Shown one piece after another: positions 1-13,876 of a stretch of 64,000 nt of DNA. The stretch lies in the NCBI GenBank assembly GCA_016748015.1, contig JAAOMT010000647.1, forward strand, positions 4,880 through 68,879, read 5' to 3'. The notes under the pieces are model-generated. The model did not search any database. It had not been told where the DNA came from and worked only from the letters and a program-made list of their open reading frames with translations. Positions within the stretch are counted from its first letter, which is position 1; each line of letters begins with the position of its first letter. The position numbers and the translations under genes were made by a program. Source of the stretch: Geosiphon pyriformis uo1 (taxonomy: Eukaryota > Fungi > Glomeromycota).

Positions 1-249
1 TTTTGTTTTAATAATATATTAGTTTAATAATATGAATAGTAACAGCATTAATAATATTTTTTTAAAAAAAAACATATGAATATAAAATATTATTGGTTGA
101 AATATTGTAAACATAAATATTAAATAATGTTCTAATATGTTTATGTTTAACATAAATTACATAAAAACTGTTTAATAATAATTTAATGTTTAAACAAATA
201 ATAAACATAAATATTAAACAATATTTTAATATATCTTTTATCTTAATTA

Positions 250-2525
250 AAAAATGCTCTTTGTCTTCTTAATTTTATGACTACAACCAGAGCAAAGAGT
301 AAAAAAGCTGTATCTAATATCTTTTCTGAAATATTTAATAAGATTTCAACCAAAAAAGCTCTCTCTGTTGTAGAAGCAACTAGACAGAACATTTTAGAAG
401 CCTTTTCTTTATTCAGTAATCATAAAAAGCTGCTTTTGATGGCTACTAAAGCAACTTCTTTATCTTTGACTGGTTTTTTATCAGTCAAAGTTCCCTCAAA
501 GAAACACACTTGAGTTAATTCCAGTGTTGTCTCCACTTCAACTAAAAGCCCAAAAGTTTTTAATAATAGACTAGTAAACAAGCTGGTCTTTTCTTTTTTA
601 GCTTCAACATCTGGTGTTGCTAATATCATATCTTCAAAAAAAATGATCAAAAAGACCAAAAGTTCAGAAAAGTAAGAGCAGTTATTTGTCTCTGCTATTG
701 TTACACTGAATCTCTTTATGGTTCTCAATGAGATCTTAGATGAGATTTTTATAGCATCATCTGGTATGTCATCTAAGATGGGCCATAATCAACTACTGGC
801 TGTATTGCCAAATTTGGTGCCTTTTAGCAGATTATCATTGGTTTTAGAAACAAAGCAATCTTTTCCTGTTGGATCATCTGTTCTTAAGAACTGGGCTGAC
901 TAAATGGAAACTGAATCATCCTCTTCTCTAGTTTCTGGTGCTGTTTTTAATAATGTTTAAGAAACTATTACTAGTTATCAAAAATTTGCTGGGTGAGTAG
1001 TCTCTACTTTGGTGCTTAGTGTTACTTTCAAAATCAAATTGGCTTATATTAAGGCTGCTTTCTAGTCTGTACATGGTTTTTTGGGTGCTAAGTCTGTTTC
1101 AAAAGACAATGTGAAGCTTTTTTATATAGAGTTTGCTTCTTAAAACTCTTTGAATACTGTATTTTTGGTTGAGCTTACAGGCTTTATTTGTCTTACCACT
1201 CTTAAAATTGCCAAGTCTTTGGTGGTTTCTGAGTTTGGCTCTCTTTTTGCTGCTGTTGTATTATGTAATGTGCCTTTGAGTGTATCTACTGTTAATATTA
1301 AGTCAATTCTTGGTGTCTTTAGTAAAGTTTTTTGCATTCAGATAAGATCTGCTGGTATTTGGCAATATGTTGTTGTCTATTTTAAGAACTTGAATGTTGT
1401 TACATCTGCTCTCAATCACTGGTCAGTTTTGGTAGGCAAAGATAGTATTCAGATCCTTCTCTTTGTAAATTAACAGGAAATAATTGTGTCTTATAATAGA
1501 TTTAAGACCAAGTTGGTCAATCTTTCTTCTGGTTGTACTGCTTTTGAAATCAGTAATATGATTTTTTAGATTAATGATTGAACTTGTTTTATTTCTTAGT
1601 CTCCTAATTCTGGTTATTGTTTCCACTTTATTCTAGTTATATTTGGCTTCCAAGCTGATTTGAATCTTGCTGTTGCCAAAACTGATACACTAAGAAAGTG
1701 CTGTATTTGATAGAAAACTCCTAGTTGTTAGTGTTGTTTTCAGTATTAAGAAATAGATCACTTGGCTGTGGACTGTAAAATTGTTCTATCTCTCTTTTCT
1801 AAGGCTTCCAAGGTATTTAAACCACATTTTGTTAATTTTTTGTCTTATGTAAAGACATCTGCTTCTCCTGTTATGTTTGAATTTCTTCCTTTGGTGGCTT
1901 TTGCTTCTTCTGTGACTGTTGTTAATCTTTTAATATCTTCTCAGCTAGCTGATCTAAAATCTGAATTGGTTAAGCTTTCTGTTTTGGTTAATTTTATTGT
2001 TAAGTCTGTTGGTTTTATGGTCAAAGTTTTTGAACAATTTGTTAATAGTGATCTGGTTTCGAATGTTGTTCTTGGCCTTAGGATTAATGAAGTCTTGGTT
2101 CACATAAGTATCTTTAGTAAAGCTATTGGTAAGTTGAAATGGGAAATAGTTGCTCTGAAAATTAAGTGTGGCTTTGAGTCAGATCCCCATATGAGTTTGT
2201 TATCTTTTAATAATGATATGTTTTCTAATTTGATATCTCTTTGAGAACACAAATCTGTTGCTATAAAAACTGATGCCTATAAAACAGCTGAGTGGTTAGT
2301 TGGAATAGTTGCTAATAGTGCTACATTATTTAAGATTGTTCAAAAGATGTCTTTTTTGAGTAAGTTTTCTTTTGATGCATTAATGTAGTATAGCCTAAAT
2401 TGGCTTAAGTAGCTGGTTATATATAGTAAGTACGTGAATCATATTTAGTTCTGAATCACTTAGTTTGGTCTTAATTTTTAGATGGTAGTTGAGCCATACT
2501 TGTTAAATTCATAATAAAAAAAAAA
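250..2525 (+). mobile_element. ORF1-only poly(A)-tailed retroposon, copy 1 (decayed)
   Basis: Colinear with 34717-37002 (MTTTRAKSKK.. vs MITTRAKSKK..; WSVLVGKDSI). Degenerate CCHC knuckle at ~1730-1775. A-rich tail at ~2511-2525. Many transition-derived stops; no EN/RT. Confidence 0.75.
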
Positions 2526-3027
2526 TTTTTAATATGTTTATATTTATTATATATAATATACACATCTTTTTTATAAAAAAATTGAGTTTTTTGATCATTG
2601 TTTTTCATATAAAATGAATTTTAATTACATATTGTTTTGTAAAAATCTGTATTAGATTTATATTTGTAATTATTATATGTTTTATAGTTGTTTTTTTTTG
2701 TATATATTTAATAATATATTATATATTACTTTAAACAAAAATTTTATTTTTAAAAATTAATACTTAAAATTTTTGTCTGTTTTTAATAATATTAAGATTA
2801 TTATAAATAAAATTATAAATTTTATATATAGTTTAGATATAGCTTATTATAATAAAATATAATTAATTTAATTAAAATTAAAATAATTTTTGTAATAGTT
2901 CTATGTTTTTAGTTAATTATAATTTGTCATTTTTGCTTTTTAATAGTATTGTAAAATTGCTTAAGATTATTAAAAAGTTTGGTATTTATTTTAATTTACA
3001 TAAATTGTATATATTTTTCTTTGGTAT

Positions 3028-3876
3028 TATTACTTATAGAAAAAATACAAAGAAAAAAAGTAGAAAAAACAGATAGAAAAATAGATCAATAGAAAAATAG
3101 TACTTAACAAGTAAGTACAATATTAGAAAATTATAATACATTGCTTAGCAATAAGCACATTGTTAGAAAATTATGGCATATTACTTAATAATAAGCATAT
3201 TATTAGAGAAAATAGAGCATATTGCTTAAAAAAATATAAGATCTTGTATAACAAGAATTAAATATATATAGTAAGAGTATTAGAAACAAAAAAAGACAGA
3301 ATTAATATCAACAATCAGTTAGAATTTATTAATTACCCAATATTTCTTCCTTTAAAAAATAGTTTTTTACAATTTGAAGTAAAATCAAATTACATATCAA
3401 TAAAATATTAATTATTATCTGAATTTATGTTATCATTACTTCCATTTTATTAACATTATATGTTAATAGAATTCAATATTTAATTACACTAAACCAATAG
3501 CTCTTAATTATAGCTATTGACAAGATGCTAATTTTTTATTTTTTTTGTTTCATTTTTTTGTTGTTTACTAATTGATTAAAAAAATTAAGTATTAAGTATT
3601 TGACATCAAGAATAGCTTGATAAAAAACCCAAAAATAAAAGTAAAAATTTAAAGATAGCTTATCAGAAAAACACAACTACCAAATTAAATTAGCTACTAT
3701 GCTGAAAAAAAAATTTACAAAAGAAATTATTAATTAAATCTCTGTTTATTATACAAAAAACTTAACTAAAACCTTTAGATTCTAAAATCTTTAGAAATTA
3801 CTAATATTACTAACTATTAAGTACCAAGCTACAAATTTGTTATTTGTTCTAATACTCCAAATAATTCCCTGTAACA
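3028..3876 (+). repeat. LTR, family A (decayed)
   Basis: Starts tattacttatag (TGTTAC with G>A) and ends ccctgtaaca. Similar to 9369-10155 and to the reverse of 28390-29263. No PBS or matching TSD seen. Confidence 0.65.
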
Positions 3877-6800
3877 ATAATTCTAATAAACAACTGAATG
3901 AGCCAAGAAATGTCTTTTAATGTCATATAAAACTAAGTACTTTATATTTAGACAGTTATTTATATAACAAGAATAAAATCTGGTGAATGACAAATGCTAA
4001 AGTTAAAGGTATTTTACTTAACAAAATATTAAAAATTAAAACAATTTGCCAAAATCTGTTGAAACAGTTTTTATTTTTAACTTAGATATTTTCATTGATA
4101 TTATAAGTAATTTAAAACAATTTCATGAATACTACTAAAACTTAGTATTAATTAGAGAAAAGCAAAAGCAAAAATTAAAATAATTAAATACAAAACTATA
4201 TAAATACTATCTAATTTTCAAATATTGTAACAATTGTAATTTTATCTATAATCTACTACTATACATAATCTATTCAATTTCCAAAGAAAAAAAACCAATT
4301 AGTAAATATGCATCAAAATTAAAGTTAAAATTCAATTGCAATTTAAACTACAATAATAATAATAACAACAATTCTAATTTTATTTACAATAACAATAACA
4401 ACAACAATAATTTAAACTTTAACAAAAACTCTGAACAATATATCATGCTTCCAGATCTCTCAAAGGAGCAGAAACTTAAATAGTTTAGTAATAACAATAA
4501 AGATATTATACCAAAATATACACATAATACTAATATAGAGTTTAATTTCAGATATTTAGAAAAAACTATTATCAAATTGGAATTTTTATTTGTGCACTAA
4601 CATAGATTTAAAAATAGTACTGAAAATTTCAACAATAGCAATGGTTCAATTAGTTTTTAGATCTAATTTAATAAAAAAAAGATTAATATTAGAAAAGAAA
4701 TAATTAATGCAGAATATATGAAAAATATTATTACAATATTACAAAATAATTTAAAAAAAGGATATACAATTGAATTAAATGAAAAGATAACACAGACAAT
4801 ATTTCTGTTTCTGATTAAAATAGCTTAATTAGTGTTAATAAGAATGAAAAAAAGTTAAAAATTACAGCAAAAAAAATAAATAGATTCAGATCTATGAATA
4901 AAATAGAAATATCAATTAATATAATAGAAAAAAAAACAATTAATAAGAGAAAAATTATCTCTACCAATCAATTTATTTCTATTTTACCATATAATCAATA
5001 TATATTAACTATAGAAAAAAAAGTAAAAGATCAATTCCAAATTTTAAAATAAAACCAAAAATTTGTAAGTTAGAAGAGATTAATATTATTAATTTCTATA
5101 TACTAACCAAAAATCACAAACACATCAAGATCCCAATATATAACACAATCAAAAATTTTATAAAAATCTCAAGTAGAACTATTATTGAATAATTAAATAT
5201 TAAAGTTAAGAGTCAATTACCAACAACCATTCTAGATTTTTTATAACTTTGTGGATATGTAGATATTATATCACAAACAATTTATAAATGAAAAAAGTAT
5301 TATTTCTTATAACCAAAACAGTTAAAACAAATAAACTTGGTAAATTTAGACTCATTTCAATATATACAACTTAAAATGCTATTTAACAATTTCACTAATA
5401 TTTTTGTTAGTGAAAACAAATTTGGTAGAACTAACATCATCCAGTATTAAATTAAAACTAGAGATATAAGCTAATTAAATAAAGAACATACAAAATACCA
5501 CCTATTAACTATAAGATTATCCAACAAAAAATCAACTAAATGTTGAACAACAGATTAATTCAACTATTAATAAGTCTATAATTATTACTAATGGTACTTA
5601 TCTGAAAAAAAAAAAAATCTGCTTTTGTATAGATTATATAAAGCCTAACAATATAACTTATGAAGACAATTATTCAATTCTATAGATCTAAAAACTATTC
5701 AATGCTTTTGAAGAAAAAAATAATTCTCAATATTGAATTTAGATAGTGATTATTAACAAATAATCATAAATTCAATTAACAAAAAAAAAACAGTATTTAC
5801 TATTAGAAAAAAAAATTTTAAATTTAATATTATACCATTCAGCTTAACCATTGCTTCAGCTATCTTTTAATAACTCATAAAAATTATCTATACCAAATTA
5901 CTATAAAAATTAGCAATAGTCTATTTAAATAACACCAATATGTTCTTAAAAACATTTGATAATTATTTCTATTATTTCTAATAAATGTTTAAAAGATTAA
6001 GATAAGCAGAAATAAAGTTAAATGTCATTAAGTATTTTTTTGGAAAAACTAAATTCAAATTTTTGGAATATGTTATAAATAAAAATGCATAAAAACAAAT
6101 TCAAACAAAATTAAGATAGTCAAAAACTTTTTAGTATCAACAGATTTTACAGAATTAAGAATATTCTGAAATTTGTTAAATATTATTGTTACTTTATTTA
6201 AAACTTCTTTAAATTAGCTCAACTATTTTACCAGTTCTAAGCAAAGAATATTAAATATAAATGAACTGAAATCTAACAAAAAGTTTTTAATATCTTAAGA
6301 AGAAAGCTTATTCAAACTTTAGTATTGATATATTTAGATTATAACAAGTTATTTATCATTATTACCAATATATTTAGTTAAACATTAGAAGCTGTATTGT
6401 TACAAAAAAGAGCTGATAAATAAAAACATCTAGTGATATATGCCAGGTAAAGTTTAAATCCAGCCAAAAAAAATTATAAAACTTCAGCATTGGAACATTT
6501 AATTATTTATTGGACTAACATTAAATAAAAAAATACTTGAATTAGAAATTTGATGTATATACTGATCATAAAAGATTAACATCAATTCAGAAACAAAAAT
6601 TTGGAGACAATTGCCATATAAAATAGAAAATAGAACTATTATTATTTAATTATACTGTATATTATAAAAATGAAAATGAAAATGAAAATATTAATGACTT
6701 GTTATAAATAAGATAAATCTAATTATTTCAATCCAAAAATATAACAAAAGATGAATATACAAAAATATTAACAACTTTAACATTATATTAATATTCAATA

Positions 6801-8005
6801 ATTCAAAAAAAAATTATTTTAAAAAGAACAAAACAACATAAAACAACAATCAAAATATTTTATTATTTACCAAAATATACTATATTAAAAAAACAGAAAA
6901 TATCCAGACCAGCCACTCAAAGTAATTACAGAACCAAAGAAAAAAACAATACTGTTTAACATATATTCAAATTTAACAGCAGAACATTTTTATAAAAAAA
7001 CAGTCATAAAAAGAATCAAAAAAAATATTACTAATTATCTATGTATCCAGACATTATCTAATATGTTCAAAATTGTAATGTTTGTCAAAAAAAAGGGAAC
7101 AAGATTCAATAAACCACTAAAACCAATCAAAATAGGACAATTATTTAATTAAATTAAAATTAACTTAGTCAAATTATTAATAATAACCAGTAAAAATAAT
7201 TAATATATAGTAATAGCCATGAATTATCTTACAAAATAGCCAGAAATAAAAGCAATTCAAAGAACAGATGCAAAATCTATAGCTAAATTCATACACCAAA
7301 ATTTAATTTGTCAATATAAATGTTCAAAAAAATTGTTATCAAACCAAAAAACTTACTTTGTGAATAAAACATTAACAATATTAAGTCAAAATTTGGAATT
7401 GAGAAACTATTATTATTACCATATTATTCACAAACAAATAATTTAGTTGAAAGATTTAATAGAATATTGTATGGACTAATAATTAAAATAAACCAAAAAA
7501 ACCAGGATGAATAGGATTTGTTTATACTATTAATATTATTTGCTTATTGAACAATAAAGCAAAATATAATACAAGCAACACTATTTAAATTAATCTATAG
7601 TAGAACAACAAAATTACAAGTTAAAATAAATATCAATACATATTTAACAAAATCAATAACAAAAGCCAACTTTTAAAAAATATTGTTGAAAAAAACATAT
7701 GACTTAATAAAAACTTTAGAAAATAAAAAGTAAAGAACAACTGATAATATATAAAAGTTACAAACAAAACAAAAAAATAACATAATAACCAATTACCAGA
7801 TAAATCAGTCATATTTAGAATTAGAAACAAAGTACTCTTATATTATACCAAAATAGAAAAACAATAGAATAGAAAATTTGATTCCAAATAAGACAAACCA
7901 TTTTACAATGAAAAAATTCTAGAAAATTGAGCCTATAAATTAAAATAGAACAACAAAATTTTAGTTAAATCAGCATATAAGAATTGGCTAAAATCATTTT
8001 ACAAT
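3877..8005 (+). pseudogene. Decayed Gypsy pol fragment, family A: Cys-rich region, dUTPase, RT, RNase H, integrase
   Basis: dUTPase remnant ~4470-4900. RT remnants (FCIDY, YLNN for YLDD at ~5921). RNase H end at ~6716. Integrase ATG at 6751 with HH-CC, core and GPF remnants. Confidence 0.8.
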
Positions 8006-9368
8006 ATAAAGCAATTGCCAAAATCAGCCAAAAAAATCAAGAAGAATAGAATTTGTTTATATCATCAGTATTATTTGCTTATCAAACAATGAAGCAAGAT
8101 ACCACACAAGCAACACCATTTAAATTGGTATATGGTAGAACAGCAATATTACCAGTTAAAATAAAAGTCAATACATATCCAACTGAATCAATAACAGAAG
8201 ATAATTTCCAAGAAACATTGTTGAAAAGAACATATAACTTAATAGAAACACTAAAAAACAGATAACAAAAAGCAGCTGATAACATCCAAAAGTCTCAAGA
8301 AAAGCAAAAAAAATGACACAATAATCAACTACCAAATAAACCAGTTGAATTTAAGATTGAAAACAAAGTACTCTTACATCATACCAAAGCGGAAAAACAA
8401 TGGAGTGGAAAATTTGATTCCAAATGAGATGAACCATTTCACATTGAAAAAATTCTAAGAAATAAAGCTTATAAATTAAGATAAGACAACAAAATTTTAG
8501 CCAAAGCAGTACATAGTAATTGACTGAAATCATATCACTGGATAGCATCATTATTCACCAATAACATTCCACAACTGGAAGTACAACAAATATTAGTCCA
8601 ACCAGATGAGATTTCATGAGATCTGGAACCAATCATAATCATTAGACCAAACATGTAAAATTGTACAATAAAAGAGTATATAAAAACACAGTATATGCAA
8701 CAAAAGCAACAAAAAAAAATGAAAATACCAGACCATATTCACACTTTAGCTCAACAATTGTTTTAGGCTTTAAGTTAACAGCAAGCAAACATGGAAATTA
8801 TTATCAACAACCAAACAATCTGTTATCAAAACACCAAACAAAAAGAGAAAAGTACACCATACTAGTAACTACAGAAACAATTAATAAACTGGTTAGATAA
8901 AATAATAGAGAAAATAAAGAACACTTTTGAAAAGATAACCATCATGATTCCAACAAAAAAACTGGTAAAAGAAAATTGGAATTAATGGTTAGACCAACTT
9001 CCAATACCATACTGTTACTATCAATTGAGATGAAAATTAGATATCCAGAAATTATATCTGGACAAATCCAAAAAAATCTTCAATCAAGAGATAATCCAGA
9101 ACATTGAAGACATTATTGGAAAGAAAATAAACTTAACACTACACATTAAAACCATATATTAACTACACACTATATTTCAGAACTACTTAGAAGTATTGTT
9201 ACACTCGGATATGGAAACAATAACTATCAATCAATGGGAAAAAATGAACAACTCACAAATTAAAGAAATAAGAAGTAGGATGGAACAGATGCTACTTAAA
9301 AAAGAGGTATTTGACATAATTCAAAATAAGAATTTTGACAGAGCTTAATATTAAAAAGGAGGAGATAA
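8006..9368 (+). pseudogene. 3' end of a second, less decayed family A Gypsy: integrase C-terminus, ORF3 and PPT
   Basis: LFAYQTMKQDTTQATPFKLVYGR and KQWSGKFD..F motifs. ORF3 ATG at 8791. Polypurine tract aaaaggaggagataa directly before the LTR. Confidence 0.8.
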
Positions 9369-10155
9369 TGTTACTTATAAAAAGAAAACAGATATAAGAA
9401 AATAGTAGACCAATAAGAAAATAGTAGTTAGCATATGAGCACATTGCTCAGCAATATGGAACAATGTTAGAAATCATGGCACATTGTTTAAGAAATCATA
9501 GTATATTGCTCAGCAATATAAGTAATCTCATAGAACATTAATTATATATATATAGTGATAGCAATAAAAGTAGAAAAGACAGACCTTTCAGTTTGGATTT
9601 AATCTAAACAATCTTTCAAATCAATAAATTATTGTTTACTATCTCAAATCTACTCTCCACTATCAACACTTTCTGTTGATAGAAATTCATACTTAACCAT
9701 ATTGAAACAATAGTTTTTGATTACAGCTATTGACAGGATACTAATTAACAAATTGCCTTGGCTTATTTTCTTTATCTTCTCTTTATTTTTTTTATTTTTT
9801 TTAATTTTTTTTTTGTTTTACTATACTAACTTGATTAAAAGATTCATGTACGAAGATATTGACATCAGGATATAGCACTGGTAAAAAACCCAGGAATAAA
9901 GATAGACACTCAGAATTGAGAATATCTTATCAAGAGGATTACTGGCCATCACACTGAGAAAAAAATTGATGAAACTGCAGTTTTGGAAAGCTATAGATAA
10001 CACAATCAATTAAATCTCTATCCATTATACAAAGAACTCAATTCAAAACCTTCAGAGACAACCAATGTACCAATATTACCAACATTATCAAGATATTAAG
10101 TATTAAGTTACAGATTTGTTATTTGATTGAAGACCCCAAATAATCATTTGTAACA
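9369..10155 (+). repeat. 3' LTR, family A
   Basis: tgttac...gtaaca termini, preceded by a PPT. Confidence 0.8.
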
Positions 10156-12305
10156 ACAAGAACAGCTTTGGCTATACCCAGATCTTTCTTTTTGTTATCA
10201 TATACATTGGTCATAGGCCAGATGGAAAGTTCATTAATCTTTCTTTCAATGGTTTTCAGAAAGTGTTTGGCAATTACACTAACAGATGATTTACTGTTTA
10301 GGATCAAATCAATAAAGTAACCAGCCACTTGGACTTTACAGATGAGAGGAGTAACATTGCTGTTATTAACAAATTCAGCTTGATGAGAATGCTTGTTGGT
10401 TTTTGGTGTCTTCTTCTTTAATATTAATGATTTGCAAAGATTTTTTCTGAACTGTGGATGAGTTATTAATTGGCCAAATATAATGTATGCTGGGGTTTCC
10501 ATGAAATTTTTAACAACAGAATAAAGGCAAGATTTTTGTACTATTTCTGAAGATTCCAACTTTGGAGGATTTTTAAAAACTTTAGTCTTTGGTGGCTTAT
10601 TGTTGTTAGCAGTAGAAGTTGAGACTTTGTTGGGATTTAAAACAAAATCAACCTTGGCTTTTTTTTTTCTTATTAAATCAGAAGTGTTGATTGCCAGTTC
10701 ATCTATATTATGGTTATTATCAGTTAGGTTAAAAGCATAAAAGAGGTTTTCTTTTAATTGGCTTGTACTTTTATTCTTTGGAGATATGCCTATCAGTTTA
10801 AAGGCTAATAAACAGTGGCTTCAACTAGAGAATCCTCTTAAAAAAAATTGATGTTGGCATAATTGAATCTTTAATTGAGAATAATATTATTGTTGGGTTT
10901 GTTATTCTGAATGTCATTATTTTTAGAAACTGGAGGGGGCAATGGAGAATTGTTGCAGTTTTTTGAGAAGTATTCAGTTAATCCACAGCAATAGCACACA
11001 GGTGGACCACAATTTTGTTGTCTTGAATATGATGATTGTTGGGACTAATTGAAGCAGAGTTCAAATCTGGGTCTTTGGAGTTGTTGATTTTTTCTAACTG
11101 CTTGGGCCAAAGGTTCCAATAGCCAGACATGATTTGCTGTGAGCCTATCTATTAATTGTTCATTTGGATCTTGAGTTTGGGCAGCAAAAGAGGTAGTAGC
11201 TATTTGTAGAGCAAGAGCCATAATAGAAGCAAGAGCAAAAACCAGAAGAGTAGATCTCAGATGTATCCTTTGGTTATTTTTTATTCTCTGAGCAAGTTCA
11301 ATAGCCATATCCATTGTAAGATTATCTTTCAAGGCCAGGAGAGGCCAAAGAGCATATAATAAATTAGTTCTCAGTCTTTTTGTAAAGGAATGTATTTTCT
11401 GCTCTTCTGTCCAATTTCTTTTAGAGTCTACTTATTTAATGAGTTTTTTTATTGCTTTGGCATATTCTGTCACAACCTCACCAGGACTTTGAGTTCTTCT
11501 TTCTAATTTCATATGCTATTTTGAGATTAATATGGAAGTTCTAAATTTAGTTTCAAACCAGATTGTAAAAAAAGTGTTTTCTTCTCCAGCATTTGTTGGT
11601 GTCTATCTAATGATTCTTTGGTCAGCACCAGCATTGGTTTTTTGTGAGAACCAAGTAGCAGAAAAGCCTTGAAGGTAGCCACCAACAATTTGAAACTTGT
11701 ATTTATTATCATATTGGTTTCTTCATTCTAAAGCAATCTGTATGTCTTGGAGGGCAATCAGAATGTTTTGTTGCATAGGGTCTTGAGCCATTAGTTCAGG
11801 AGTAACTGTTTGTGTAAAGTGTTCTGATTCACTTGAGAAGAGATTGAAAACAGGAGTGGTTTGATAGCTTTCTTCTTCTGTTTCAAGGGGAGTTTCAGTT
11901 AATTGATAAGCAACAATCCAATTGTGGATTTAATGATTCAGATATTCGAAATTAGGAGGCTGTTGTTCAAAAGTTGTAGAATATAAGAGCTGATTAATAC
12001 TGTTGTTTCTTTCTTTAAAGTTGTCTTCAAAATAAGCTTGATCAAAGTAATAAGTTGTATAAGCTGTATAAGTTTTAGCTAAATGCTTGTTCAGGAACCA
12101 GTTCCAAAAATCTTGAAATTGTTTGCTGGATTGTTCTTCAATGAAAAAGCAAATCAAGCAGGAGAACAAAGGATTAAGTTTAATAAAGTCTAGATTGTTT
12201 TTGTTGTGTGCTTTAAAGTATTCTTCTGATTGTTGTGGCAAGTATGAATAATCATCCATACAATAGAAAACAAAGTGGATTTTGACAACCTCACAGGAAA
12301 CACCA
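10156..12305 (-). pseudogene. Minus-strand Gypsy 5' fragment: gag and protease
   Basis: Gag-like ORF pieces (11930-12259, 11045-11332). Knuckle remnant CYCCGLTEYFSKNC at ~10955-10996. Protease remnant LILNSKSSVSVI (from LILDSGS). Cut off by the LTR end at 10155. Confidence 0.75.
12288..12305 (-). promoter_or_regulatory. Primer binding site, probably tRNA-Val
   Basis: Minus strand reads TGGTGTTTCCTGTGAGGT, 6 nt after the LTR end. Complementary to a ..GGAAACACCA 3' end typical of tRNA-Val. Confidence 0.6.
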
Positions 12306-12311
12306 CTTTTA

Positions 12312-12817
12312 TGTTATAAGTTGAAGTAACAAGCTAATAAATAGCAAGAGAGAACAGAATTGTAGGGTAATAAAAGAAATCAAAGAAAATTCAACTTCAA
12401 AAAGTGAATTGAATAAGTATGAATTCAATGTGTGAGATCAGTCTTATAAAATATCTCAGTTGCTATACTTTTCAAAAAATAACCGAAAAATCTAAAAGTA
12501 GAGAGATAGTCTGTATTGTCAACAAATGATCACACACTGGTATAATTTTATGTCTTATATTGGCACTTTTAGAATTCAATATTAGGTATCAGATGTACTT
12601 TTTAATCACATTTTATTCAATAATCTTCAAATGTTTTATTTATACATTTCAAAAAAAAGGTAGAGAATAACCAATAAGTAATCTTTTATCTTTAAGATGT
12701 TTAGATACTTGAAAATAAGGAAAAGGAAATTAGTGATAAGAGAAAGATTGAGATAAAGTTGTTATTTTATTTTTTTTATTTTTTTTTATTTTTACATTCT
12801 TACATGCTTTTCTACAG
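12312..12817 (-). repeat. 5' LTR of the minus-strand element, PBS-proximal part; continues at 22704-22887
   Basis: tgtta terminus next to the PBS. Interrupted by the element starting at 12818. Confidence 0.6.
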
Positions 12818-13459
12818 TGTTATCAGACAAAATTAGAGATATTATTTAGCATGAAATTATCTTTATAATTCTTATCATTAATTAGCATATATTATCATTT
12901 CAAATTATCACTTATTACATTAGTAAAAATGTCCGAAATTATCATTTAATTAATAACTCAATTTGTACATAACACAGATGTAACCTAATTGCAATGATCA
13001 ATCATGCAATACTCCAAAATATGTAACATTCAAAAATTTGCCGAAATTTGTAGAAATTTGTCAAAATAATTAATAGTTCACTGAAATATCTAGTAGTTCA
13101 CAGAAATAACTTGTAGTTCGCTGAAATATATCTTTAATTCAGCAAAATTGTAGAAAAGAGCAAAGTTCAAGTTCATAGAATAGTGTTACAACAAGTTGTA
13201 TAAAAGAAGAGCTTCTCTTTTCAAGAAAATGTATCTTACTTCAGATTTAACAATTAGAATTATCCTTTACACACAAAAACAAAATAAATATCAAATAATT
13301 CGAAAAATCAAATCCTTAATTATTTCTCTTTTGCAATTGACCAATTCTTACTAAACAGTTTGAAATTGACTAGCTATCAATTTCAGTAAATTGTTAAAAC
13401 ACTTCCAGGTCTGGATCCAAAACGACTTTAACAAATCAATTTCTCATTTCTTTTTTTTT

Positions 13460-13510
<51 letters not shown>

Positions 13511-13831
13511 CTTATTATAATCATTAGGATAGCCTACAGATGAAAATTCCTGTAGAAGAGTTGACTTTCACAGCAAAGTAACTACACATTTTTAATGAGC
13601 TTCCAGATGAGCAATTCCTGGGAAAGAGTTGACATTTACTACAATGTAACTACATAAAATAACTGGCATGGAATTGGCTATTCCACTATAAGCCCAGCAG
13701 TTCAAATTATAGGAAATAATTTGAAGATAAAATTCAGTTATCGGAGGTTCAAACACTTCCCATAGTCGTGAACTAACAGCATTACAACAAACATACAAGA
13801 GCTAAGAAGAGACCAAAAACCTTTGATAATA
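12818..13831 (+). repeat. 5' LTR, family B
   Basis: tgttatc...gataata termini. Direct repeat of 21735-22703. Long T tract at ~13451-13510. Confidence 0.9.
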
Positions 13832-13833
13832 TT

Positions 13834-13851
13834 TGGTGCTCTCCCACGGAA
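13834..13851 (+). promoter_or_regulatory. Primer binding site, 18 nt; tRNA identity unresolved (Ile/Thr-like)
   Basis: TGGTGCTCTCCCACGGAA, 2 nt after the LTR end. Confidence 0.75.
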
Positions 13852-13876
13852 ATAACACAGCAACAACAAATTCAAA

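Noticed and set aside
3028-10155. One intact element bounded by LTRs 3028-3876 and 9369-10155
   Set aside because: The LTRs differ substantially, flanks do not match, PBS and gag are missing, and the interior is a chimera of two copies.
13451-13510. Poly(T) as a separate retroposed tail
   Set aside because: The 3' LTR has a shorter T-rich tract at the same position; slippage or homopolymer error is sufficient.
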